A stretch of 63,369 bases of DNA, filler included, from Sphacelaria rigidula (lineage: Eukaryota), in the NCBI GenBank assembly GCA_964200075.2. It is 6 parts of 6 records of this genome, joined end to end, with 100 filler letters (N's around TTAATTAATTAA, not from the genome) between each part and the next. Parts side by side here need not be neighbours in the genome. Positions count along the whole stretch, not along the records: positions 1 to 10,480 come from CAXNAA020006425.1; positions 10,581 to 21,059 come from CAXNAA020006426.1; 4 more parts are not named here. One strand, 5' to 3'. Each line of letters begins with the position of its first letter. The first letter of the stretch is position 1. The translations under genes were made by a program, and so were the position numbers. The notes under the pieces were generated by a model. The model made no database searches, had not been told where the DNA came from, and saw only the letters and a program-made list of their open reading frames with translations. Shown here piece after piece: positions 1 through 12,613 of the stretch.

Positions 1-405
1 GTACACTCGGCACGTTCAACACTGTAAGATCTAGTACACTCCAGACCGCACGTGCAGTCGCGGCACGATACACTATAGACTGTACCGCAAAAAAATGAGG
101 CGTAATAATCAGGTGGTCAACAACCACACCACCGTCTGTGTTATGACGCAACCATGTACCTCTTATGCACTCCCGGTCCCTTCCGCCGTAGAGTAGGCGT
201 TTTGAGTTGCGACAGGAATGATTCTGAACCCAAAAAGTGTAGTGTCTACCTCAGTCTACCAACGGGGGGGTCGCTACCTAAGGGTCAAGACGGCGAGCCC
301 CCCGCAGGTGGGCTGAGATGGACTATGCCACATTTGGGTTCGGGACAGCTCTTTTCTCGCCCCTTGAAACGTCTTTTTTCATGAACATGTGAATCTTTGG
401 CATCT

Positions 406-510
406 TTAACTCTGAGATAGCGAGGGTAGTCCATCTGGATCATGCATCTTTCTTCAAGTGAAATTGATGCCGATACAAGCGATGACCTACTCTCGCCATC
501 TAAGGGTTCA
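406..510. mobile_element. piggyBac-type ~100-bp MITE, degenerate copy
   Basis: TTAA-CTCTGAGATAGCGAG...CTCGCCATCTAAGGG-TTCA, with the same internal GATGCCGAT/TTCAAGTGAAA core as the intact copy at 33119-33216. Confidence 0.75.
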
Positions 511-2906
511 AGTAGCCCCGGAGAACCCCTGACCGGCTTTGACCCTGCAGTCTATTGCGTGCAGAGTCAGTATGTGTGCTGTACGTACGTCTTTGCTGGA
601 TAAAACGCCAAGAAACAGTAACACTGTCATCGCTCTTCACTGAACACAACGTACTGCATGCTGCTGATGTTGCTGCTTAGTGTTCAACAACACTGCAGAC
701 AGTGTGAAGCTATGCTGGCAACATGTGAGGGGTCAGGCAGGCGGCATAGATCGCGAGTAGAGTAAAAAGCACGTTATTTTTGCTCATTCTATCTATGGCT
801 GAATTTTTATAAACACAACGAGAATTACGGCTGGACAGCGAAGTAGTCCATCTGTACGAAGTTCACCATTGTGGGAACAAAGTGACCATTTTGATAGCCA
901 TGATTGGTCAGAATGGTCACTCCGCTCCTCTCCGATCTCGCTCCTGGCTTAAAATTTTCCATGAGAAACACATACGGTTGACTTGGTGAGCTTCTCAGCT
1001 GTTCTGAGGACAGATCCCCACTCCTCTGTCAAAACCTGTACTGTCAAAAACCACCCCGCCGCCCCCTGAAAACCCATGAATATCCCTGGACTGTCAGACT
1101 GTGACACTGGCCGGAGGCGACGCTCGCTGTTTAAGGGATATGCCTGTTGCCAAATGTAAGCAAATAAAAAAGGTTGGGTATGCTGCCCAAGCACATTAGG
1201 CGTGGGGCTGAGGCGCTGGAACGTGATTTGGGAATATCCAGCCCGCGTGTAGCGCCGCACTCCGAGCCGAAAAGTGTGCTACCCTTTTTGTTCCTCAAAC
1301 CACAGGGTGTACCTTATTTCGTCTATCCCCCTTCCACGTATGTCAGAGCAAGCTTTTCCAATCGTCAAGGAGTGGGCACGGATTGAACACACATCGATGT
1401 ATGAAACCCCACCCCCTGTGGCACCCCTTGTTCGTGTCGACTGAAGCACAAATGGCGATTCAACTCGTATGTCGCCAGTAATGTGAATCGCATTGGCCGC
1501 GGAGATCATGGAAGACATCAGCTGGAGTTGCGCCGCAGAATAGAACATGAGCATGACGAAAAACATGAGCAGGCGACTTAGTTGGCCCGGGAGGGCCCAC
1601 TCATCTGACCCGCGGTCACTCTTGCAGAAATGATCGCCTCTTTCAGGGTTTTTTGTGGCCTTGGGGGCAACCACTCTACACCTAATCTTCGACCTTGTGA
1701 ATGCGCAGTGAGCAAGCCTATTTTGCGACAAAGGCGTGTCAACTATCAAGTAAAGACTTGGATGCTGTCATTTTATTTTTCCGCTATATCGGTATTGAAG
1801 TTCGTCTATCCACGGAGCCTCGGTACTACCTCGTCGAAATGATCGTGTCGAACCTGTACGCGGGCTCAGCAAACCGTCCGTCATTCCTTCTCGAGTACAT
1901 TCCCCATACTGTGCGCGCAAACCGATTTAGTACACTCCTAATCGGCTGCTTTAGAATACCCAGAAGATCATCAAGGGGCACACTTCCTCTTTCGACTAGA
2001 CGAGTCAAGGGCCATCACGTACCGAATCCTCAAGTTGCCCATTACGGTGTAGACCGCGGTCGACATGGACACGACGCCCCCCATCATGCTTCGGGTAGAT
2101 ACAGCTCGCGGACAAATATGTAACTATTCGCCCCGCGCCGTCCAGTACTTTCTCGCGCCAGACGCGATCCAGCAGTTATCCCACGACGCTCCCGACAATC
2201 TATCTTGCCACCTAGCTTGTCACCTAGCTTGCCTCCTAGCTTGCCTCCTAGCGGCGCGATTCCCTGCGAACGGCGCTTCAGCTCCGCGATGCCCGGTAAC
2301 CGCCGCTGAGCGCCATGATGGCCCCGCTGCGGTCGCTATCATCGTCTTCGTCGAGGTCCGCTCTCTCTTCATCGGCAATCAGACAGTCAGCGTGCTGTTC
2401 GGGTTGTCAGCATTGGGCGACCGTCGACGAATCTCCGCGAGGATCAATTTTTGAAATTTGCGCCGCTGTATTGGCCGTGTGCCGCCTCAGCCGTCTTCGC
2501 GATAGCTCGCGACCCGCATCTTCCTTGCCAGTCAACATCTTCATTCCCCCCGATCACAGCTTCACTTTGGTCAAATAGAACGTCCTGTACCGAAAATATT
2601 ATCACTCATCATCGCAAGGGCAAGGGAATAGAAGGGTGAAGTGGGATAGCTTCAGTCAGAAAATTGCGTGCCCAATTGGCCTTCTGTTTGCAGTGTTCAT
2701 AGGTGACAAAAGTACTCAGCCTGGCCGCCCCTTGACGAGGTGTCTCGGTTTTACCTTGGGAAAGTCTTATCCGGTCGATGAGCTGTAAGAACGAGCGAGC
2801 ACACTGTTGAAAATGTTGAGCTAGTTTTCGAGAACCGTTTTTTTGCGGGTGGCAGCGTATGAGAGCGCAAAAAATCGCCACGGTATGCCCTGAAAGTGCA
2901 GAGAAC

Positions 2907-3327
2907 AGCCTGGATCCGTTTTTGAAGTTAAACATTTGGGTGAGATTCAACTCGAAAACAGTGGTTCCCCTGACCTAAAGTTATGACCAGTGAATTTTAT
3001 ATGGACGGCCTCATGCCCCCCAACCTCCTTGAAACTACTCTCGGGGGTTGCCCGTCTTCCGAGCCCCCAAAGCGTATACGCGAAAGCACCAATTTCGGGC
3101 AGTAAGCGTCCCCCTTTTCGCCCCGATATCGAGGCGAAAAGGTGCTTTTGCACATACGCTCTGGGGGCACGGAAGACGGGCAACCCCCAAAAATACTTTG
3201 AAGCAGAAGGTCGGGGGGCATGAGGTCGTCCATATGAAAATCATTGGTCATGACTTTAGGTCAGGGGAAGCACTGTTTTCGAGTTGAACCTCATCCAAAT
3301 GTCGAACCTCAAAAACGGATCCAGGCT
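2907..3327. mobile_element. Foldback MITE family B (~420 bp, long imperfect TIRs)
   Basis: AGCCTGGATCCGTTTTTGA... and ...TCAAAAACGGATCCAGGCT; the arms are complementary over ~190 bp. Second copy at 55618-56356 and a fragment at ~52745-52792. Confidence 0.88.
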
Positions 3328-3933
3328 CTCAAAGGTTGTGAGAAGCTTGTCATTATGGTACTTCGGCGTATGTCTCGTCTTTTAGCCACCGTACACTATG
3401 AGAACTACGCAAGCAGTTCCATGGTCCAAACAGTAGTAGGCGTATATGGCGGAGGGTTTTCACTGTCCGTGACGTCTGAACTTTCCGCGTGTGCTTAATA
3501 CCCGTAAGTAGCATTCATTTTATCCGAGTTTGTTCAAGTGGTCAGAGCTGCACCCATCGTCGTGCAAACGCAGTCCACAACATCCAGGGAACTTCGTTGC
3601 TACAGTCAGTGCTGTAATGGCCAACAGCGTTGCTCTTCGAGGGGGCAGAATCAACACTTGAACCACTACCCTCAAAACGTGCTCCCCGTAGTCGGGAGGT
3701 TCGGTGACAACAGAGCTAACGTGGGTCAAGAATTCTACGGCGCGCTTATTGGGGTAGCTCGCGAAGATGACCTTACCACTGAACGAGGCTTGTTGCATGC
3801 CACTTATCGATCGCTTGCTGTAGTAACATGAAGTAGTTACTGAACTAAATGTGAACTGCTGCACTTTGTGACGCCAACGATATTTGGTCGCGTTATAACC
3901 AAGCCGAACTATGAATTACCTGCAACAGGCCCT

Positions 3934-4250
3934 GCCGCGCCCCGGTGGTTTAAGGTCCGACTGTCACCATCAGGGTGGAGAGAACGTAGGTTCGAATCCC
4001 GATGCGTTTGGTTTTTTCGTCGAACTATCTGATTTCCACCCTCGGTAGCGTGGGCACGTGAGAAAACAGAAATAGTTCACTGAGTTTGTTTGACGAGAGT
4101 TGATGTGGTGCGGGAGTGCTGATAGTCATTACCCAATCCGCAAGACCAAAGTGCAAAGCGTGTACCGGGGAGAGATGGGTTGATCCTTTGAGACCACGGG
4201 CTCGTCCCGAGGAAGAGTGCAGGTTCAAAATGCGACAAATAAACAAATAG
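3934..4250 (+). mobile_element. tRNA-derived SINE family 1
   Basis: Head has an A-box-like GGTGGTTTAAGG and B-box GGTTCGAATCCC (3989-4000), with an A-rich tail. Full copy on the - strand at 55740-56045 and a 5'-truncated copy at ~18110-18275. Confidence 0.8.
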
Positions 4251-4673
4251 TGATGATAAATAATCAACAAACAAATAGAGAGGATCGGCCTTTGCAGACC
4301 TTGAGTCATTCTCTTGTCAAGTCAGTGTGTCTGTCTTCCTCTCTCTTTGTCTTGTCTCGGGTGCTGCGAAAATATGTACACGTGTTTGCCTGGCTAGATG
4401 CTTGATATCAGCAATCGACCGCACTTTGTCTATTATATGTCCTTCCTCTGACAGCCTCGCTGCGGGGGCAAAAAGCAAATCAGGGTTGGCGCCAGCGAGC
4501 CAGCACGGCACCAGAAAATAGAAAAAACGGAGGTTCGTTTTCGCTCCCGACTGCCCCGCAACGGTCGTGCAGCAGCAGCAGCAGCGGCGGCGGCTCCTTC
4601 TTGTGGTGCCGACAGCACCGATCGAGGGAATCCCAGCGAACCACGACTCCACCAACAGGGTATAGAGCTAAGA

Positions 4674-6766
4674 ATGTATGGACAACCGTCTGACAGCGAT
4701 TTCGATATTCGAAAAGGTAAAGACACCAGCGTGTCAGCCCACGACTCGTCACCAAGGGCTCGACATAACACGCGTATCGCTTCGGGATCCCGGAAGTTGG
4801 CTCAAGAGGAATGGGCGTCGCCCACCAAATTTCTCAGAGAAGACACCGGTGAGACGAAAACATGTCTCAAAGGTGGACCGTACATTGGAGCATTGTGCGG
4901 ATACGTAGAGTTACTTGCCTCGAGCTGAATATGTGCAGTATACGGTGGACCTAACGCACTGAGAATGCCCACAGGTAACGTCGTGTGTGGATACGCTTTA
5001 GCTTTATGCCAGAGAACCAGCTCTTTTTTCGCCATCAGCTATGCCTTTTGCAACGCGTACCAACTTCGAGATGAACTTTGAGGTGCTGACATCCCCAAAG
5101 CGGCGAAAAGCGGCAAATCTACTCCAGCTGTCGAGGCGTCGGAGTTTCAAATGTCGGAGAGAAGATTCACTCGAAGGGATCTTCACTAATGTTGCGCTCT
5201 CTGAACCCGGAGGATTCCTCAGCAATCCTACGTTCGATATATTTCACGTCCATGCCACCCTGAAACCACCTGGCTGTTGAAAACCTCAAATAGCGTGGAC
5301 GACAGGACGTGAAAGTGAAAGCAAGGGGGGTGACGCCACCGCTGCCAGATGCCTCGCTGAGTTCGAGAGCGAGCTTGACAGTTGGAGAATGTCAACTGGA
5401 ACGAAGTCTACAAAATCAGAGCGAATGGAATACGCCTCTTACTTATCCGATAAGTGAGCGCTGATACGAGCATAGCAAGAGAGTTGTGACGTCCCCTTTT
5501 CTGGAAAACACATTCACTTCCAAATACAAATAATATGCGTACAAGATGTGTTGTATCTCGAGTTGGAGAAGGAAATACAGAGTGATACAAGTTCACCCCC
5601 CCTCTACGACCCCAATCTGCACCCCGCTTAACCCATGCGTACATCTGTCACTGGTTCTCTTTTCGACAACACACAGATATCTCTGCGATGTTCTAGACAC
5701 CCTCCCGTCGTCCGTCGACGTCCGCCACGTAAGGCGGGAGGTGAGCCGCCGGATAGACGTCTTGACCGACGAAAATGCAGGCACGAAGGGTAACAGCGTC
5801 GAACTAGAAGAGCTGAAGCGCAACAAGGCTGAAAAAAACATGGCCGTACTATTCGCGCGGGCAAGCCAGGGTAAGAAGACAATCAACGCCACGAGGAATG
5901 TCGTGGACAGCGTTCTTGATAAATCGTTGGCTGCGCCCCGCCGAGGAGCCATCAAGTTCCCCAGGAGAGGTGACGACACGGGTGCTGTGTGTTCAACCAG
6001 AGACAGTACGGACAGAGATATGGGTTCCGGGCCGACTACGCCGGTCCGTGTTGGTTGTGGTACTTCGGGAGGCAACAGTGCGCGGCGGAAAGGCGTTCGC
6101 TTTTTGCTCGGTTGTTCCGAGAGTGACGACGAGATCAGGCCGTTGGAGGGGGTAAAGAGTAACACCGCAGCGTTGATGGTGGGAAACGTGCGTAGAATGA
6201 AAAATAGCGAGCTGAAGACAACGCCAGCTCGCGAGGGTACAGCAGATGGAGCCGGTCAAAATGAGCGGGGGCTGCCTCTACCATACTGGAATTGCGCTGT
6301 GTGCAATAAACGAAACGGCGAGGACAGAGTTGAGTGTGTCGTTTGCCGGAGGTGTCCTCGTCCCTGTTCCTTGAAAATGACCGATGGTGAAGCCGCCGGT
6401 AGTAGGCCGTTGGGTGTAGATGCTGTATGTGGGAATATAGAATGGGGGGCAGGTAACGAGGAAGTCGATGGTGATGGACAAGAGATCAACGCGGTCAACA
6501 CGACATCGTCTTGCAGCATACATGCAGTCGTGGGAGCCGGTCGATGTCGTGAACCGACTGAACGCGTTACGACTACCGGTAGCCGACGCAACCCCACGGA
6601 ACGTGTTGGACGATGGAGAAACGGTGTCAGAGATGCATGGGAAGGAGAAGGCTATGATTTTTCGGGGTTTGCCAGGATGCGGCAAGCGACAGATCCAATC
6701 GTCAAGGCAAGGCTCGGACTCACTGGCGAAATCAAATCGTTGTTGTTGGCTATCAGAGGAAAATAG
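4674..6766 (+). CDS. Multi-exon protein with a RanBP2-type zinc finger; exons ~4674-4848, 5294-5453, 5677-6766 (5' end may extend further)
   Basis: GT-AG junctions are in phase (...EDT/A-WTTG...SD/K-YLCDVL...). The terminal exon contains WNCAVCNKRNGEDRVECVVC, which fits W-x-C-x2-C-x3-N-x6-C-x2-C (6287-6346). Confidence 0.72.
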
Positions 6767-7473
6767 CGCCTGAAACTGTCACCAAGTAGGACACAAAAAT
6801 AATGATTTTTCGCTTCTCACCTGTAACATTTGGTCAGAGTGCAACATTGCCAGGCGTGTGCCAGGTTCCAAAGGAATTGTCTAGCGTGTTGTAAACGCGT
6901 CGTACGATTGATTGGTGTCCTTTTGTCAGCAAAGATTTGCAAAACACGTGACAGTACTCTCGAGAGCCTTCCCTTTGAAGCTTGGGGAAATGGGAATGTA
7001 CACGACTGAAAATTCGCTGTAGATTGGTCGTCCGGTGGTCAGCCGCGCCCTCACATCGAGGCGGCGTCTTGTGGTGGGTTGCTCTGACTGTCGACCAGAA
7101 CCTATAAATCGACCATAAGGCGCTGAATCTCCCGCAAACCGATTTACTGGACAAACACCATCCTGTTTCGCTGACGTTACATTCCCTTACAATCCAGCCG
7201 GCGTGTGGCCTTGGTGTGCGCTGCCCGTTCAATCAAAATGAACGGAAAGCAACACACTGTCAGACCAGTCAAGACTATCGCTTCTACCCCCTTTCCTCAA
7301 ATACGTATCAAACTCCACGCGCTTGCGCGCACGACTCTATTTTCTATCGTAGGTTAGAGCACGTCATGCCCAAACTCCCGTGTTCACCATTGAAACTCCT
7401 ACGGCTATTCAAACGCTGAGAACACACGAAACGCGGTCACGCCATCAAAACTAAACCACGACACACTCTAGCG

Positions 7474-8122
7474 TCATTGCTCCGGTTCTTCGGCAGTAGT
7501 CGAGGATGTAACGTAGTAGGCAGCGACGAGAGCAATGATGCACACTGCCGCCACCGCTCCGAGTAGCGTTACCGGCGTCCCGTTGGATTTCTTGCTAAAC
7601 TTTGTACTAAACTCTGTCTTGCATGATGATTTTGCGATTCGTGCGTCGGGGAAAGGTATCGCCGTCAAACGGGGAAACACGAGCAATACGAGGAGAAGGA
7701 GGGGAACACAGTAGGTTAACATGACCTGTCTACATTTATAGTCTTCGGACCCCAACTCCTCTACATTTGTGGAACAACTGTGACAACTTATCAGATCAAC
7801 GTGAACGCCGGTTGATGGGTTGAAACGAAAACACGTACCACAAAAAATGTGTCAGCTGTTACGAGTGGTGATGGTGGTCATTTTACATGGGGCCGGTATT
7901 CAGTTCCAGGTAATGCCTGTATACATTGGCATGGTATGTTGGCGGCCTTCCACATGTACCCGAACAGTGTCCGAGGTTCGCTCCAAACCGGGGGGGGAGG
8001 AGGGGGGGGGGGGGGGGGGGGGGAGAGGGATCTACTGTTATGGTCTTTTCAATTTTAAGAAAAAAAAAAATTGGACTATCAGCCTATACCAATCGCNNNN
8101 NNNNNNGGGGTGCGGAGCGAGT

Positions 8123-8160
<38 letters not shown>

Positions 8161-9495
8161 CTCCTGGAGATATTGTATAGTCATTTCCGTTTTTCAACAA
8201 GAAATGATGAAGAGTGACAGGTTCACGCCAAACGGTTTTGGCCCACCTGTTACATTCCACGTCCGATCCCACGCTGTCGTCAGAGCAGCCCGTACGCAAA
8301 GTAACATTTTGACCCCCAAGAATAGCATATCCATCTCTACGGTACATTGCAGTGCAGTCCTTATGTGTGCACTATCGGGGCTGTGCGTACGCCAATCTGC
8401 ATATTCAAGAAAAAAGCTGATTTTCGGGAGCGTTCACTTTCCAACGATGGGGGGGAAATGGAAGCTTGTATCACGCTGCAATCGTCGTGTAATTTTCCTA
8501 AGAAGGAAAACGTATATGAAACCGCCCCCGAGACTACAACACATGTCCCATCTTCCATCGTTCGGGGCGCCCTTCACAGTCGGCCGTACACAATGGTACG
8601 TTCCTTGGGCGCTTGGTTTCAAGGAAGAAATGTGTAGTTATGGAGCAACAGCTACCTCAATCTGCGCGACTAGACTGCAATACTACGTGAAGGGAAGGAC
8701 TTACTTTCACCATGTGTGTTTTGTCTCGAATAAGCAGACAATTTTGGCCCTAGGCTATGTTTCGTGTATTTGAATAATATCGTGTTACTGCCTTGAGGAT
8801 GTCTGAATGCTTTGACCTCGAGATAAATGGCAACCATAATTTTCAACTTTTCTCATAGCTGAAGAGAAGCCAACAATTATGACAGGATCTTCAAACGAGT
8901 ACCTAAACGCTATAATAGCAGCAAAGCGCGGGTTCGGGGGTATTTGGTCCATCCAGGTGGCGTTATCGCAATGTAGTCGCCCCAAAGTAATTCGGTTCAG
9001 TTACCCAGCTAGGATACGATGGGAAAAGCAGAAAAAAATTATCAAAATCACACGACTTGTTTTCGGTCAGCATATCTAGTACATCAAAAGGCAACATGTG
9101 GCCGTTCGTGCAGCAAACGCATTGGAGTACGGTGAGGTCTGTCGGCATTTTCGCAATACACGGCAAATACTTCCAGCGTACACACAGCCTACGACACCAT
9201 GAGAATTGACGACAGCGGCGGCAGCTGGAGGCAAACCAATGAGCAACCAAAGCACTCGAACATCTAGGCACTAAGGCACCAGTACACCAATAGAAACTCA
9301 TGCGATGGTCACTTTATTCATCCTCTGCCCGCATCTAGATCTACTGTACACACACGCAGCGACCCTACCTGGGGCGTTCTTCTTGATACCGTACCGTGCG
9401 CGGAGCTGCGGTGCAGTCAACTTGTCATCCCTCAGATCTCCCCCCATGTGATACCGACGTCGCAGTTCAGACGCCGAGCAATTATCATCACCCAT
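7474..9495 (-). CDS. Small 88-aa probable tail-anchored membrane protein; exons 9495-9369 and 7613-7474
   Basis: Phase-1 splice CCA G|gtaggg ... acag|AG TTT gives MGDDNCSASELRRRYHMGGDLRDDKLTAPQLRARYGIKKNAPEFSTKFSKKSNGTPVTLLGAVAAVCIIALVAAYYVTSSTTAEEPEQ*. One hydrophobic helix near the C-terminus and no N-terminal signal peptide. Confidence 0.75.
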
Positions 9496-10480
9496 ACTTT
9501 CTACTGTTGTTTTCACGCGTGTGTTATTATATGCCGCAGCCTCGGCCTCCACGCAGTGCTCTGACACACTCGACCGCATGCATATAAGCCTTCTTCTTGT
9601 CTCCGTCTGGGAAGCAGAAATGGATATGTCAAATCTACGAAAAATGCGGTGCAATGAACATGCGGGACAATTCCCAAGTGTAGCAGTTACACTGCAGACG
9701 ATCACACGATGCCTGGTTCGGTCTCGTCCCCAAACCCCCGTGACGGTCGCTTCAGCCCTCTTTCTCTATCTATCTCTTTATCTCTCTTCCATGGGCTGAT
9801 TCAGTGTAGTACAGTACAGTACATATTATCATGCCACACTGTACTATGTTCATATGAGATAAGGGCCACAAAGTATTCTTGAGGGGGCCGAGAAAACCTG
9901 GATATAGATCGCGGGGCGTCGCGCTGAAGGCGGTGCAATCGACTGCAAGAAGCAAAGTACGGTGGTAGTACTTGGTAGAGTCTTGGCGACCGCCTTGAGG
10001 GCTTTTGAGAGTCAGGATGGCGATGATATCGCAACAAACCATGAGCAGGGCGGATATACTGTCAAAAAGGTAAGAGAGGCCGGGTCGACATCGTAGATCG
10101 GTCCATCGAGGAGGTACTTTGCCCCCTTACAAAGTGCCTGGACCCTTACTGTATCCGATTGCTGTCACCTGACGAGCTTAAATAGTAAGAGCCGCTCCTA
10201 AAAGCCTCTCCAATTTGGGTAGTGGACTGATGTTTGTGGAGTCCGCTTGTGGTCCGAAGGTGTGCTCATGCGTTGATCGATACATGCGACATATCTGCGA
10301 CCCCTACATAGTAGACTACGATGTACAGTAGTGTATGGGGTAGTGTGTGTTTCGTTTTGTTTTGTTGTCGTCCCATTTATTCTGGGCGCCAGTCTACCCC
10401 TTTCGGGATATGTGGGCGCATCAGCCGGGGTCACACAGGAGGAAGGTCAATACAGGAGCTTTTTTTTTTTTTACTTGTTT

Positions 10481-10580
10481 NNNNNNNNNNNNNNNNNNNN
10501 NNNNNNNNNNNNNNNNNNNNNNNNTTAATTAATTAANNNNNNNNNNNNNNNNNNNNNNNNNNNNNNNNNNNNNNNNNNNN
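10481..10580. other. Artificial contig spacer (N44-TTAATTAATTAA-N44); identical spacers at 21060-21159, 31639-31738, 42216-42315, 52793-52892
   Basis: Five identical 100-nt blocks with a six-frame stop linker. The segments between them are 10480, 10479, 10479, 10477, 10477 and 10477 bp. Confidence 0.97.
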
Positions 10581-11176
10581 GGGAATGGCGGAGCTGGGCG
10601 GGGCACCTGAGGGGGCGGGCTCCGCCAGTCGGCGGGGCCTACCAGTCTTGGGGGAGGAGGAGCACTGGTCACGGACTCAGCGAGGTCGGTGGGTATCGCC
10701 CACACCCCCCAACCGGGGTCGGTGGCGGCAAGCTTCTTTCACGGTTAGAGCAGAAGTACCAACGCACGTAACAACCCACATGCACGTCACAGCGGTAGAC
10801 CGCATAGTTCCATTCCGCACTTCCCACAACCGAAAAAAACTTCCATGACCAACCCCACCAAGACGTTCTGTAACAAGCAAAGGCCTGCAGGGTACACGAG
10901 ATTGGACCGTAGAGCTCACACGCATGACATTCTCGATGAGAACATCGCCCCGCGCAATGACACGAAAAACAACAAGCACACGATCAACGGCCCGCACGAT
11001 CACTGTAACCGGTCGACATTGAGGTACAACGGAAAGCACGAACGCGCACTGGTAAGTCAACAACAAGATCAGGTAATCTGCCCGTCCATGACTAACGAAA
11101 ACAACAGTAGTACACGCAGACACCACGCCAACACCACGCCAACACCACTCCGCACATCCCCACAGACAGGAGACGT

Positions 11177-12175
11177 GTAGAAGCAGATCCGGCGGTCGGC
11201 AGTTACGCACAGGTAACCCTGAACGTCGGTAGATCAGACAATAACAGAACTCATGCTCCCCGTGAAATTCGAATCACACCCAGTGCAGAAGAAGACCCGG
11301 CGTTCGGCAGTTCCGAAGGAACCCTGAACAACGGCACGTCCATGTTGACGAGCGCAAAGCGTGCAAACTCGATAACCAGTGACTTAAGGGGAGCAAAAGA
11401 TCATAGAGGTGCAGAAGAAGACCCGTTGTCTGGCAGTTCCGAGGGAACCCTGGACAACGGCACGTCCATGTTGACGAGCGCAAAGCATGCAAGAGTTCGA
11501 ACCAACCATCATCGCTCAGATGAAGATCCGGCGGTCGGCAGTTACGCACAGGTAACCCTGAACGTCGGTAGATCAGACAATAACAGAACTCATGCTCCCC
11601 GTGAAATTCGAATCACACCCAGTGCAGAAGAAGACCCGGCGTTCGGCAGTTCCGAGGGAACCCTGAACAACGGCACGTCCATGTTGACGAGCGCAAAGCG
11701 TGCAAACTCGATAACCAGTGACTTAAGGGGAGCAAAAGATCATAGAGGTGCAGAAGAAGACCCGTTGTCTGGCAGTTCCGAGGGAACCCTGGATAACGGC
11801 ACGTCCATGTTGACGAGCGGAAAGCATGCAAGAGTTCGAACCAACCATCATCGCTCAGATGAAGACCCGGCGGTCGGCAGTTACGCACAGGTAACCCTGA
11901 ACGTCGGTAGATCAGACAATAACATAACTCATGCTCCCCGTGAAATTCGAATCACACCCAGAGCAGAAGAAGACCCGGCGTTCGGCAGTTCCGAGGGATC
12001 CCTGAACAACGGCACATCCATGTTGACGAGCGCAAAGCGTGCAAACTCAATAACCAGTGACATAAGGAGAGCAAAAGATCATAGAGGTGCAGAAGAAGAC
12101 CCGTTGTCTGGCAGTTCCGAGGGAACCCTGGACAACGGCACGTCCATGTTGACGAGCGGAAAGCGTGCACGAGTT
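11177..12175 (+). repeat. ~339-bp (113-aa) coding tandem repeat, about 3 units, in ORF1 of the YR retrotransposon
   Basis: ORF 11342-12550 repeats MLTSAKRANSITSDLRGAKDHRGAEEDPLSGSSEGTLDNGTS.... Each unit is made of three sub-units beginning EEDPAxGS. Confidence 0.92.
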
Positions 12176-12613
12176 CAAAACAGCATCTGGTGCTCTAAAA
12201 CAAAACCGTTGACCAATGGTTACACACAGGTAGCCCCAGACAACGGCTCGCACACGTTAAAGAGTGAGAAGCCCGCAGAGACAAAGAACAACACCAATAG
12301 TAAGGAGATCATCGGTAGGCGAAATTTCGGGTCGGTGAGAAACTCACCTCCAGTTGGGACCACACGCCACCGAAGCCCAACCGGATACACAGACCACCCA
12401 GGCAAAAACCTCAATACCCGGTGGAAACAGCAACGGCAAGAACTGTCGAATACACACATAGATCTAACAGAAATGAAATGCATCATCACAGACCTAGCCG
12501 CCACATGCACGAGTCTTGTCCGACCAACCACGGAAGAATCGGGGACGTAGCGAAGGGGCTCGGCGGCACTCTGGTGTCACCGCCGATGAACCTGAGAGAC
12601 ATCCACGAGCATT

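Noticed and set aside
1279..2600. Possible retroelement or gene fragment (e.g. VAHYGVDR, reminiscent of an integrase zinc-binding region)
   Set aside because: One short motif only, with no supporting catalytic motifs or consistent frame.
3934..4010. Functional tRNA gene
   Set aside because: No convincing acceptor stem. The head is fused to a body repeated elsewhere, so it is better explained as a SINE.
5039..5293. Apparent exon with in-frame TGT-TGA (Cys-Sec-like, PGC*KP) in the zinc-finger gene
   Set aside because: An in-phase acceptor at 5292-5293 skips the stop entirely, no SECIS was identified, and the protein has no redox fold. The segment is more likely intronic.
7820..8773. 317-aa Gly-rich ORF
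   Set aside because: It is built on poly-G runs and an N gap inside the intron of the - strand gene, with no coding features.
9800..10200. 5' terminal repeat of the YR retrotransposon (loose similarity to ~16450-16590)
   Set aside because: It lies on a different contig across an artificial spacer, and the similarity is only patchy.
10526..10537. TTAATTAATTAA as a biological motif
   Set aside because: It is an assembly linker with stops in all six frames, embedded in N runs.
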